Below are positions 29,567 to 37,561 of a stretch of 64,000 nt of DNA, one piece after another. The notes under the pieces are model-generated. The model searched no databases. It saw only the letters and a program-made list of their open reading frames with translations, and was not told the DNA's origin. The DNA is from a virus. A program made the translations under genes and the position numbers. The first letter of the stretch is position 1. The number at the start of each line of letters is the position of its first letter. The stretch lies in the IMG/VR virus record IMGVR_UViG_3300035703_004050, positions 8,164-72,163 of that record; one strand, given 5' to 3'.

Positions 29567-29854
29567 ATGCCACGAGTAGTTCGAGAAGGTGATAAAAATG
29601 ATGCAGGCGGAAAAGTACTAAAAGGAAATTCTAACTTTATTGTAGATGGAAAACCAGTTAGTGTAGACGGTTCTCCAGTATCCGCACACAGGCCGTTTAA
29701 AAAACCACATAAACCAAATGGAACTCCAAAAACAGCTAATGGAACTAATCGATTCTTAGTTGATGGAATACCAGTTAATGTAATTGGCAATAAAGACACC
29801 TGCAAACATACTAGGGTAGAAGGCAGTCCTAATTTTTATGTGGCTAAGAGTTAA
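29567..29854 (+). CDS. PAAR-type tail-tip protein (gp5.4-like)
   Basis: MPRVVREGD, VDGKPV, VDGIPV..IGNKDTCKH, GSPN. Confidence 0.8.
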   Translation: MPRVVREGDKNDAGGKVLKGNSNFIVDGKPVSVDGSPVSAHRPFKKPHKPNGTPKTANGTNRFLVDGIPVNVIGNKDTCKHTRVEGSPNFYVAKS

Positions 29855-29865
29855 GGAAGCATTAG

Positions 29866-32800
29866 ATGGCAGATAAAATACCAATTCCAAAACCAAAACC
29901 TGCTGCGATAGCGGCCGCTAGACAACAAGCGTTATCGGGTGCAATTGGTAATGTAACAGGTGGTGCAAATACACTTACTAATCCACCAGGTGGAACTCCA
30001 AACTCAGGATGTTCTCCAGCGACCCCAACAGGTGAAGCGCCTCCAGCAGGTGAAAATGCAGTCCAAGGCCCAACAACAAACGCGCCCGGGGGATTAAGTG
30101 GTCCATTAGGTGGTGTAAGCCCTTCAGTTCAAAATATGGTTAGAAATTCTATACCTGCTGGGTGTAGAGCTCAAGTAACGCCTAATGGTGGAGCAAGACC
30201 AAGAGGTGTCGGGGGTTCTGCTCATCCAAGAGGGTTAGCAGTGGATACTAATTTGTTTTGCGGAGGTAAGCAACAATTCCGCGGTAGCCCGCAAATGAAT
30301 CAATATATTTCCAATTTGCATAAAAATGGTGCAAGGGGGTTATCATATTATAATTCAGGATTTGTCCATGCAGATTTAATGGGGAACAGAACAAGGCGCT
30401 GGGGATCAAATCAAGGATATGTAAATGCTTTAGCAGCAGGACAAGATCCAGGCCCTGGAGCAGCACAAGCTGCCCAAGAAGGTGGATATGGTGGTGGTGG
30501 CGATCCTTGCGGCGGCGGAGGCAGCGGCGGATGTCAACCTGTTCAAAGTTCTGCTCCACAGATTGCTTCAGGACTATCTCAAAATCTAGGAATGGATGTT
30601 CCTAGTATGGTTCAAGGACTAGCTGGTTCCTTACTTGGTGGTAGTCCTTTAGCAGCAGCAATGTCACAAGTTACAGGTGCAATACAGAGTGCTTTAGGTG
30701 CTGCTGGTGGTTTATCTGGTTTGCTTGGTGCATTACCACTTAGTCCAGCAGCTTTATCAGATCCAGCTGGGGCGATCTCAAAAGCTATAACTGATAAAGT
30801 AGCTGGAATGGGCGCAAATATTTTACCTAGTATTGTAGGCAATGTACCAGCAGGATTACAACAATTCTCTGGTATAGCACAAGGACAAATATCAGACAAA
30901 ATTACCTCAACAGCTAATCAAATTTTTTCAAAAAGTAGCCCACCACAATTAGATAAATTTATTAGCATTTTTAATGCTGCTAATGGGGCTCAAGGATTTT
31001 CTAGTGCTTTACAAGAAACTGTTGGTAACACTTTAAATAATGTGTTTGGTAATGCTGGTGAACTTTTTCAAAATCCTCAAAAAAATAATTGGGCTTTAAG
31101 ATCTTCTATACCAACAGAGGAAAATGAATTTATACAATTAAATGGTCCCTTTATTGGAGAAGTAAGTGATGCAGTTGCTCAAACTGTAGTTAGGAGTCAA
31201 TTTATTGGTGATCCAAAAACAGTTTTATCTAATTTAATTGGAAGATCTACTTTAAATGCATTCTCTTCTATGTTTTACGATTGGGACGCATATGTAACTC
31301 GAGGTTACGGTACTATAACAAATAATGTAATTCAACTTGGTACTGATTTTAAAAGTTTAGGAAAACTCGCTGATTTAAATGATATATTGCGTATTGGTAC
31401 TCCTGGTCAAATTTCTCAACAAATTATTTTAAATGGTGGAGGAGCAGCTACAGGTTTATTGAATTTTATGGTTGAATCGGGGTTATCGTTTTTTGATTTA
31501 TCAAGTGTTGAAAATGATCCAAAAGCTGCAGAGTTTTTAAAAAGCGTTGCAGATCCAGAATTAATAGATTATGTTAAGCAAATTTTAGAAATGGATTCTA
31601 ATCTTAATTTGTCAACTCTTGAAGATTTATTAGATACTAAAAAAATCTTACCACTTAGCTATGAATATAACTATTTTGAAAATTTAAATGATATTGCTGT
31701 TTTTTTAAGTATGTGTAACGGAGCAGGGCAAGTCACAACACTTCGCGCACTTGGTGAATTATTAGAATCATTTGAAGTATTATTTGATTCTTCTTCATTA
31801 ACTGGTGATCCCGCAGTTTATAATTATGAACAATTAACAGAGTTTTCTAGTCAATATGCACCAGTAAGTTATTTTTCAACAGATGGCACTTTAACTATTG
31901 CTGATTTTATTGGAACTGCTGCTGGGTATATACATGAAACAACTGTTCCTAGAATAGCTGAAATTCAAAATGAACTTTATCAAGATACTGAATACTTTGA
32001 TGATTACTTAGAATTATTAGAATTATTGCGTGATGCTGCAAATGGTAATTATAAAGTCTTAGGAACACCACCGGCTCCTAATACAGTAGTGATACCATCA
32101 ACTGCTGGTTATGGATTTGGGACATATCTAACTTTAGATGACGCAATGTCTGATATTGTTGATGCTATAGAAGAGGAATTAGCATTCATTTTAGAAACAA
32201 TACAAGAAGACGAAAATGATGAAGTTTTAGAATTAATTAGAGAATTAGATTCTCTGCATACAGAAAGTGCTATGCAATTAGCAAAGGAACATAAACTTAG
32301 AAAAGAATATGGTTTTCCTTTGGGACCAAGCAAAAATACGGATGAATTCATTGGTGATGGAGTAACTAGAGTTTTACCATTAACACAAGATATTGATACA
32401 GAAGATGAAATTAATATCTTTATAAGTGGTGTTTGGCAATCTCCTTCAAAATATACTGTAAATGCTACAGCTAATACAGTAACTTTGGTAACAGCACCGG
32501 CACAAGGTAGATTAGTTTCTGTAAATTATAAAACTGGAGCATTTAACGGAACTGCTAATAAAATGCAAGTTTGGGAATTCGCATCCAGTTTAGAAAACTA
32601 TGCATTAGAAACTGGATATGGAAAATCTGCAGATTTCTTAAGACGTGTAGTAACAAATGACGAATATGGACAAAGAATTAATGCCACATTAATGAACGCA
32701 AGAAACAAAGCTCGATCTGAAGCGGTAGGTTTAAATTGTCCAAATTTTGAAACAGTTAATGGTGCTAGCCCAACATACATAAATTATGTTAATTGGACTG

Positions 32801-33372
32801 GAGTATGGACTAGTAATGCAACTAGAGCAGCAGAAATATGGTTACAAGATAAACAAGACGTTAATGAAAGTTCTGAATATTTAATTAGAAGAATGAGTCA
32901 AAATAAAATTAATATCGAAGCAGAAATTGATTTACTAACATCAAACTTTGTAAGACAATTAATATTTTATAATAATGGAAACTTAGCCATAACTGATTTA
33001 ATGTCTGATTTATATAACGTTAATCAAAATAATAAAATATATCGCGATAACAGAAATGATTTGTTTATCAATTATTCAAATGAAATTACATCAGATGGAT
33101 ATATTTTAGGCCCATATAAAGAAATTTTAACAATAATTACAGATAAGGAAAATATTAGGAACGATGTTTTCACAACATCTGTTTCATTTAATACAGAATC
33201 TTATTTAAAATCTATTAATATAGATTTAAAATTATTAGTAACAATTATACAAAGAGTGCTAACTGTGAGTACTTCAAAATATTTGGGTATTTCTGAAAAT
33301 GATTTCAAAGAGATTTTTGGTATACAAAGTGTAAGCAAAGCTATTCTAAGAAACATAGTCAATAATTACTAA
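29866..33372 (+). CDS. large virion (baseplate/tail) protein with peptidase M15-like domain
   Basis: SAHPRGLAVD ... FVHAD (SxHx6D/HxD); Gly/Ala-rich linkers; follows PAAR. Confidence 0.65.
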   Translation: MADKIPIPKPKPAAIAAARQQALSGAIGNVTGGANTLTNPPGGTPNSGCSPATPTGEAPPAGENAVQGPTTNAPGGLSGPLGGVSPSVQNMVRNSIPAGCRAQVTPNGGARPRGVGGSAHPRGLAVDTNLFCGGKQQFRGSPQMNQYISNLHKNGARGLSYYNSGFVHADLMGNRTRRWGSNQGYVNALAAGQDPGPGAAQAAQEGGYGGGGDPCGGGGSGGCQPVQSSAPQIASGLSQNLGMDVPSMVQGLAGSLLGGSPLAAAMSQVTGAIQSALGAAGGLSGLLGALPLSPAALSDPAGAISKAITDKVAGMGANILPSIVGNVPAGLQQFSGIAQGQISDKITSTANQIFSKSSPPQLDKFISIFNAANGAQGFSSALQETVGNTLNNVFGNAGELFQNPQKNNWALRSSIPTEENEFIQLNGPFIGEVSDAVAQTVVRSQFIGDPKTVLSNLIGRSTLNAFSSMFYDWDAYVTRGYGTITNNVIQLGTDFKSLGKLADLNDILRIGTPGQISQQIILNGGGAATGLLNFMVESGLSFFDLSSVENDPKAAEFLKSVADPELIDYVKQILEMDSNLNLSTLEDLLDTKKILPLSYEYNYFENLNDIAVFLSMCNGAGQVTTLRALGELLESFEVLFDSSSLTGDPAVYNYEQLTEFSSQYAPVSYFSTDGTLTIADFIGTAAGYIHETTVPRIAEIQNELYQDTEYFDDYLELLELLRDAANGNYKVLGTPPAPNTVVIPSTAGYGFGTYLTLDDAMSDIVDAIEEELAFILETIQEDENDEVLELIRELDSLHTESAMQLAKEHKLRKEYGFPLGPSKNTDEFIGDGVTRVLPLTQDIDTEDEINIFISGVWQSPSKYTVNATANTVTLVTAPAQGRLVSVNYKTGAFNGTANKMQVWEFASSLENYALETGYGKSADFLRRVVTNDEYGQRINATLMNARNKARSEAVGLNCPNFETVNGASPTYINYVNWTGVWTSNATRAAEIWLQDKQDVNESSEYLIRRMSQNKINIEAEIDLLTSNFVRQLIFYNNGNLAITDLMSDLYNVNQNNKIYRDNRNDLFINYSNEITSDGYILGPYKEILTIITDKENIRNDVFTTSVSFNTESYLKSINIDLKLLVTIIQRVLTVSTSKYLGISENDFKEIFGIQSVSKAILRNIVNNY

Positions 33373-33413
33373 AAACGAATTGACAATAAATTGAAATAAA
33401 GTATAATACGTTT

Positions 33414-33713
33414 ATGGAACAAAACTTTTATTATGATTTCTCAGATTGGAACCAAAAGCGTAGTATGCTTTGGAAGTCAATTCAATTACGCGGTGATGGG
33501 ATAGTTATGATGGAATCATGGAGAGACCACAATACTCTCTACAAATTGATGACTAATGCTGATCAATATGCAATGCACATCCAACGTGAAGAAACCAATT
33601 GTCGTAGACTTAGGAAGCAAACAACACGGCATCGTAAGTTAATCAAAACTTTTGAAGAGACTTTCCAAACATTAGAAACTATGGCTATTATGTATAGGTT
33701 GACCTACGCATAA
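33414..33713 (+). CDS. hypothetical protein
   Basis: TTGACA-N-TATAAT promoter directly upstream, near-leaderless. Confidence 0.6.
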   Translation: MEQNFYYDFSDWNQKRSMLWKSIQLRGDGIVMMESWRDHNTLYKLMTNADQYAMHIQREETNCRRLRKQTTRHRKLIKTFEETFQTLETMAIMYRLTYA

Positions 33714-33723
33714 ATATGTCGAT

Positions 33724-33906
33724 ATGGAAACACATAAGAGAAGTATAGTTAAATCAATCACATGGCGTGTAATTGCAACTTTAATCGCAGCATATTGGGT
33801 AGGGTTTGAAATAGCAATTCTAATGAACATTGTTCAAACAATTGCTTATTACATACATGAAAGACTTTGGGTACACATTAATTGGGGACGCCAAACTAAT
33901 AATTGA
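33724..33906 (+). CDS. DUF2061 family small membrane protein
   Basis: ETHKRSIVKSITWR...YYIHERLW..INWG. Confidence 0.75.
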   Translation: METHKRSIVKSITWRVIATLIAAYWVGFEIAILMNIVQTIAYYIHERLWVHINWGRQTNN

Positions 33907-33931
33907 CCTAAAGATGCTTATCGCGTATAAG
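33903..33931 (+). promoter_or_regulatory. tmRNA promoter
   Basis: TTGACC-17-TATAAG. Confidence 0.6.
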
Positions 33932-33937
33932 TATATT

Positions 33938-34001
33938 TGTAAGCGTTGATAGTGCTTTAAAAACATTTGGGACCGGGGGGCAGTACCCCGCGCCTCCACC
34001 A
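33938..34001 (+). ncRNA. ssrA: permuted tmRNA, acceptor piece (5' end approximate)
   Basis: GAC-CGGGG-GGCAGTA-CCCCG-CGCCTCC-A-CCA: T arm with the alphaproteobacterial GGCAGUA loop, acceptor 3' strand, encoded CCA. Confidence 0.92.
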
Positions 34002-34013
34002 TAAGGAAATGGT

Positions 34014-34370
34014 ATGCGTATAAGTGAAATGACATTAGATGTACCAAACATTTTGTATCATGCCACTTATCGTCCATTGCTTAGTTCAATTAAAAAGAAC
34101 GGACTAGGTGGGACAGGTAGTGAAGTTAAACGATGGGATGATAGTATCCATGGAATCGTTTATCTTGCATTAGATCCAGATGTCGCTGAAAGTTATGCAG
34201 AAACAAGTGAAAATGTTCCTGATGAATGGCTAGATGAAATCGTAGTGTTAAAAATTGATACTACACAATTAGATAAATCTAAGTTTCGTTTAGATAAAAA
34301 CGTTCAAGATAACACAGGTGACACATTGGAATATAATGGAGTAATACCTATCTCAGCAATTTCCTTATGA
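34014..34370 (+). CDS. Tpt1/KptA C-domain-like (ADP-ribosyltransferase fold) protein inside the tmRNA intervening segment
   Basis: LYHAT..LLSSIKKNGL...VYLALD..VA..YA...IVVLKID...EY.G.IP..AI; AAGGA SD. Confidence 0.7.
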   Translation: MRISEMTLDVPNILYHATYRPLLSSIKKNGLGGTGSEVKRWDDSIHGIVYLALDPDVAESYAETSENVPDEWLDEIVVLKIDTTQLDKSKFRLDKNVQDNTGDTLEYNGVIPISAISL

Positions 34371-34371
34371 T

Positions 34372-34576
34372 GGGGGCGAACTAGGCTCGACCTGTGTATA
34401 ATAAGGGCAAGGGAGTTTACAGTGAGGCGACTGACTTTTACAGCGCAATATAATAAATGCAAACGATAACTTCGTTCGTAACGAGCAAATTGCTCAGTCT
34501 ATCGTAGTTCGCGACCGCGACCTCGTAGCAGCATAAGCTCAACGGGCCGTTGGGAGCCTTGGAACAGAATCCCAAC
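34372..34576 (+). ncRNA. ssrA: permuted tmRNA, coding piece; tag (A)ANDNFVRNEQIAQSIVVRDRDLVAA* at 34459-34536 (3' end approximate)
   Basis: GGGGGCG pairs with CGCCTCC including G3.U70; GAACTAGGCTCGAC D-loop analog; ATAAAT-GCA resume context; P2 complementarity TTTACA/TGTAAG and AGGGCA/TGCTTT to the acceptor piece. Confidence 0.92.
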
Positions 34577-34607
34577 ATTTGACACAGACACACAGAAAGG
34601 AAAAACT

Positions 34608-34832
34608 ATGTCATTAAATCCATATGAGATTCGTCTCGAACTTCTAAAACTAGCACAAACAACTCTAAATGAAAAGGCCTACAATTCTCGTCAAGCATTG
34701 ATGGATCAATATCAGTACGAACGTGAAAATAGTCCAAATACTGCTTTTCCAAAGCTTCCAACAATGCCTACTTCTGAGGAAATCATTGCTGAAGCCAAAA
34801 AACTTAATGACTTTGTAAGCAATAGTCAGTAA
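34608..34832 (+). CDS. conserved phage hypothetical protein
   Basis: NPYEIRLELLKLA...PTSEEIIAEAKKLNDFV; strong SD. Confidence 0.7.
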   Translation: MSLNPYEIRLELLKLAQTTLNEKAYNSRQALMDQYQYERENSPNTAFPKLPTMPTSEEIIAEAKKLNDFVSNSQ

Positions 34833-34930
34833 TGTAAAGTGGTAGGCACATACCGTAAAGTTGTGTCGTGAACGATGGATCGGTCACACGAAAGAGGACG
34901 CTGGATTGCGTAACCAGCACATAACATTTA
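34832..34930 (+). ncRNA. candidate structured RNA (three hairpins)
   Basis: GC-rich intergenic region with stems GGCACA/TGTGTC, GTGAnCGAT/ATCGnTCAC, GCTGG/CCAGC. Confidence 0.35.
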
Positions 34931-34947
34931 TAAATGGAGTATGAATA

Positions 34948-35433
34948 TTGAAGAACTATATTAAGTCTGCAATTGCAGCACTAGCACTTGTTGGCATGAC
35001 CACTACGAGCATGGCAACGGATTCAAATTCAGACAGCGCAGGGTTTAAGGTTGGTACACTTACATGCCACTTTGACACTAGCGTTGGTTGGGTAATTGGT
35101 TCCGTTAAGGAAGCTGATTGTCTTTACAAGGGACTAAACGGCGAAGAGCAGCTTTATACTGCTGAACTTGGTCGCCTTGGTGTGGACATTGGTGTAACTG
35201 GCGCACAGACAGTTGTTTGGGCAGTTATTGCTCCAGGTAAGGCACAACCAGAAAGCCTTGAAGGTACTTATGTTGGTGCTAGCGCAGAAGCAACTGCTAT
35301 TGTTGGGCTAACTGCTAATGCACTGCTTGGTGGTTTTAAGAAGAGCATTGCACTACAACCAGTAAGCATTGGTTCACAAACTGGACTAAACGTTGCACTT
35401 GGTGTTGGTTCACTACGACTAACAGCACAATAA
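34948..35433 (+). CDS. DUF992 family exported protein
   Basis: Signal peptide; GTLTC..GWVIGS..GVDIG..WAV.AP..Y.GASAEAT..ANALLGG..SIALQP..GLNVA.G. Confidence 0.8.
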   Translation: MKNYIKSAIAALALVGMTTTSMATDSNSDSAGFKVGTLTCHFDTSVGWVIGSVKEADCLYKGLNGEEQLYTAELGRLGVDIGVTGAQTVVWAVIAPGKAQPESLEGTYVGASAEATAIVGLTANALLGGFKKSIALQPVSIGSQTGLNVALGVGSLRLTAQ

Positions 35434-35437
35434 AATA

Positions 35438-35470
35438 AATAGGGCTCGTTCTTTAGAGCCCTATTTTTTT
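35438..35470 (+). terminator. Rho-independent terminator
   Basis: ATAGGGCTC...GAGCCCTAT followed by a T run. Confidence 0.8.
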
Positions 35471-35520
35471 CTTTGACTTATCAAAAATATCACTTATATT
35501 GTCTAGTATAGGAGAAAGCT

Positions 35521-35748
35521 ATGCTAGACAAAAATCAAATGGAACGTTGGCAAAAAGTTAATGCATTTCTTGAACAAGCACTTGATCAAGTTCAAAATGA
35601 CAAAACTAAAAGCCGCAAAATCAAAAACATTCGTTCAAAGCTAGCATGGGCTTTGGACCAATACGAAAGTGGTCTTTCAGGTAAAACTGAATTACTACAA
35701 AAGCTAACACCTGAAGTAGCAGAAAAGTTTCAAGAAATTTTAGGATGA
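35521..35748 (+). CDS. hypothetical protein
   Basis: AGGAG SD; ATGA overlap with tilS. Confidence 0.65.
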   Translation: MLDKNQMERWQKVNAFLEQALDQVQNDKTKSRKIKNIRSKLAWALDQYESGLSGKTELLQKLTPEVAEKFQEILG

Positions 35749-36350
35749 TTAAACTCCTTACATCATTGCCAAAAACACTATACGTCGCTTGTAGCGGCGG
35801 TGTAGATTCTATGGCTGCGTTGGACTTTTTGTCACGCAAACATGATGTAACCGCTGCATACTTTGATCATTATACAGCACATGGCATGGAAGCAAAACAC
35901 TGGTTGTGGCGTTATTGCCAAAACAAAAACATTCCTTTTGTTCACAGTGAATTATCTAGATCAAAATTGTCAGGTGAAAGTATTGAAGAGTTTTGGCGTA
36001 ATCAACGTTATGATTGGTTTGATACACTTCCAGGCACTGTCGTTACTGCACATCACTTGGATGATGCTGTTGAAACTTGGGTATGGGCTAGTATGCACGG
36101 TCAACCAAAGTTGCCAGAAATTTATCGTAACAATGTAATCCGTCCATTCTTAGCAACACCAAAACAAGAATTAATGGATTGGTGCATTAAGAATAACGTA
36201 CCATGGTTTGATGATACATCAAACACGGATACTAAATATATGCGTAACTATGTTCGACATGTTGCGATGCCTGTTGTCCAAAAGATTAATCCAGGTATCC
36301 AAAAGACTATCAAAAAGAAATTGCTTTCTAAATTAGATAGTGTATATTAA
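35745..36350 (+). CDS. tilS: tRNA(Ile)-lysidine synthetase, catalytic domain only
   Basis: ACSGGVDS PP-loop, TAHHLDDAVET, IRPFL, DTSN..KYMRN; adjacent CAT-anticodon tRNA. Confidence 0.9.
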   Translation: MIKLLTSLPKTLYVACSGGVDSMAALDFLSRKHDVTAAYFDHYTAHGMEAKHWLWRYCQNKNIPFVHSELSRSKLSGESIEEFWRNQRYDWFDTLPGTVVTAHHLDDAVETWVWASMHGQPKLPEIYRNNVIRPFLATPKQELMDWCIKNNVPWFDDTSNTDTKYMRNYVRHVAMPVVQKINPGIQKTIKKKLLSKLDSVY

Positions 36351-36359
36351 GTGGACAAT

Positions 36360-36436
36360 GCGCTGGTAGCTCAATTGGTCAGAGCAGCGGACTCATAATC
36401 CGTTGGTTGGGGGTTCGAGTCCCTCCCGGCGCACCA
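36360..36436 (+). tRNA. tRNA with CAT anticodon, probably tRNA-Ile2
   Basis: Cloverleaf GCGCTGG/CCGGCGC, anticodon loop CTCATAA, GGTTCGAGT T arm, encoded CCA; 9 nt after tilS. Confidence 0.9.
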
Positions 36437-36455
36437 TACACTTTAAGGAGCAAAC

Positions 36456-36971
36456 ATGCTTAAGAAAATTGCAACAGGTTTAGTCGCACTGGCATTGATG
36501 AGTTCAACAGCCATAAGCGCAGAAGTTTATAGACGCAACACAGGACAGTGGACTATTAGTGGTCATGTTGGAAACGGCGATGCCAGTTGTGTTGTAAGCA
36601 CATATTGGGGAAATGGTGCTCAAATTAATGTAAACGTTTTCCCACGTTATGATGGTAGTCAATATACTACTATGACAATTACAAATCCAAATTGGCGGCC
36701 AGTTAATGCACATATGAATGAACCATTCCTTGCTGACATTATTTTTATTGGACGTGCAATTGGAACTGTACGCTTAACAGGTGAATTCCAAATTTATGGA
36801 TCACGCAAAGTTATTTTGCGTAACTTATCTGGAGCATTTAGCGACTACTTTATTGCTGCACGGGAAATGATTATTTTTCCAGGCACAGCAGATGAAATGG
36901 TTGTTGGGTTACGCGGTACGCGCAATGCCAGCTATGCACTAACAGATTGTATTAACAGGGTATTACGATAA
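36456..36971 (+). CDS. exported protein
   Basis: Signal peptide; W.I.G...C motif and terminal Cys shared with the next ORF. Confidence 0.7.
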   Translation: MLKKIATGLVALALMSSTAISAEVYRRNTGQWTISGHVGNGDASCVVSTYWGNGAQINVNVFPRYDGSQYTTMTITNPNWRPVNAHMNEPFLADIIFIGRAIGTVRLTGEFQIYGSRKVILRNLSGAFSDYFIAAREMIIFPGTADEMVVGLRGTRNASYALTDCINRVLR

Positions 36972-37561
36972 TGAAAAAACTATTTGCTTCAACAATTCTA
37001 GCAGCTTCTCTATTTGTTACTCCGGTGCTAGCCGAAGGTGAGATTTTCTACGATGGTGGTGTAGAGGGTGCATGGAACATTTTTGGTAATGCAGGCAGCA
37101 CTACGCAAAATCCTGCTTGTGTAGCAGAAGTAACATGGCAAGATGGGAGCAAGTTTCAATTAATTAAAGATCTTGCTGATGGTGAACTTTATATTTGGTT
37201 TAAAAATAATGAGTGGAACATTTCAGATCCACCAGGCAATTATCCATTTACAATGAATATTGTTGATTCACGTGGCAATGTAATTAATGGTGAATTGCAA
37301 TATGAGCTTATTAACAAAAATACAATTGCTGTTAGAAAAATTGATGTAGATAGTTTTATCCCTCCATTTATGTCAATGGCAGAAATGCGCTTTGTCATGC
37401 CAGGTGATATTCAAAATGCTTATGTTACATTAAATGGTTCTTCAGGTGCAGTTGATAAACTTTTAGCATGTATTGATACTTTTGAAAAGAAACGTCCAGC
37501 ACCGGCCCCTGCTCAACCACCGGCAGATCAACCAAAGAAATCACTTGGTCAAGAAATATAA
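36971..37561 (+). CDS. exported protein (paralog-like)
   Basis: Signal peptide; W.I.G...C; Pro-rich tail. Confidence 0.7.
   Translation: MKKLFASTILAASLFVTPVLAEGEIFYDGGVEGAWNIFGNAGSTTQNPACVAEVTWQDGSKFQLIKDLADGELYIWFKNNEWNISDPPGNYPFTMNIVDSRGNVINGELQYELINKNTIAVRKIDVDSFIPPFMSMAEMRFVMPGDIQNAYVTLNGSSGAVDKLLACIDTFEKKRPAPAPAQPPADQPKKSLGQEI

Noticed and set aside
33969-34001. Stand-alone tRNA-Ala or integration-site tRNA fragment
   Set aside because: No D or anticodon arm upstream; it pairs with GGGGGCG at 34372 and has the alpha-tmRNA T-loop, so it is the tmRNA acceptor piece. No integrase nearby.
34002-34371. Group I intron with homing endonuclease in the tmRNA
   Set aside because: The ORF fills nearly the whole spacer, leaving no room for a ribozyme core; no LAGLIDADG, GIY-YIG or HNH motif; it lies between the mature ends, not inside them.
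34832-34930. Hammerhead, twister or pistol ribozyme
   Set aside because: A CGAAA is present but there is no CUGANGA or other catalytic consensus; kept only as an unclassified structured RNA.
36360-36436. Initiator tRNA-fMet
   Set aside because: G1-C72 is paired and the anticodon stem lacks the three consecutive G-C pairs; adjacent tilS favours Ile2. Elongator Met is not formally excluded.
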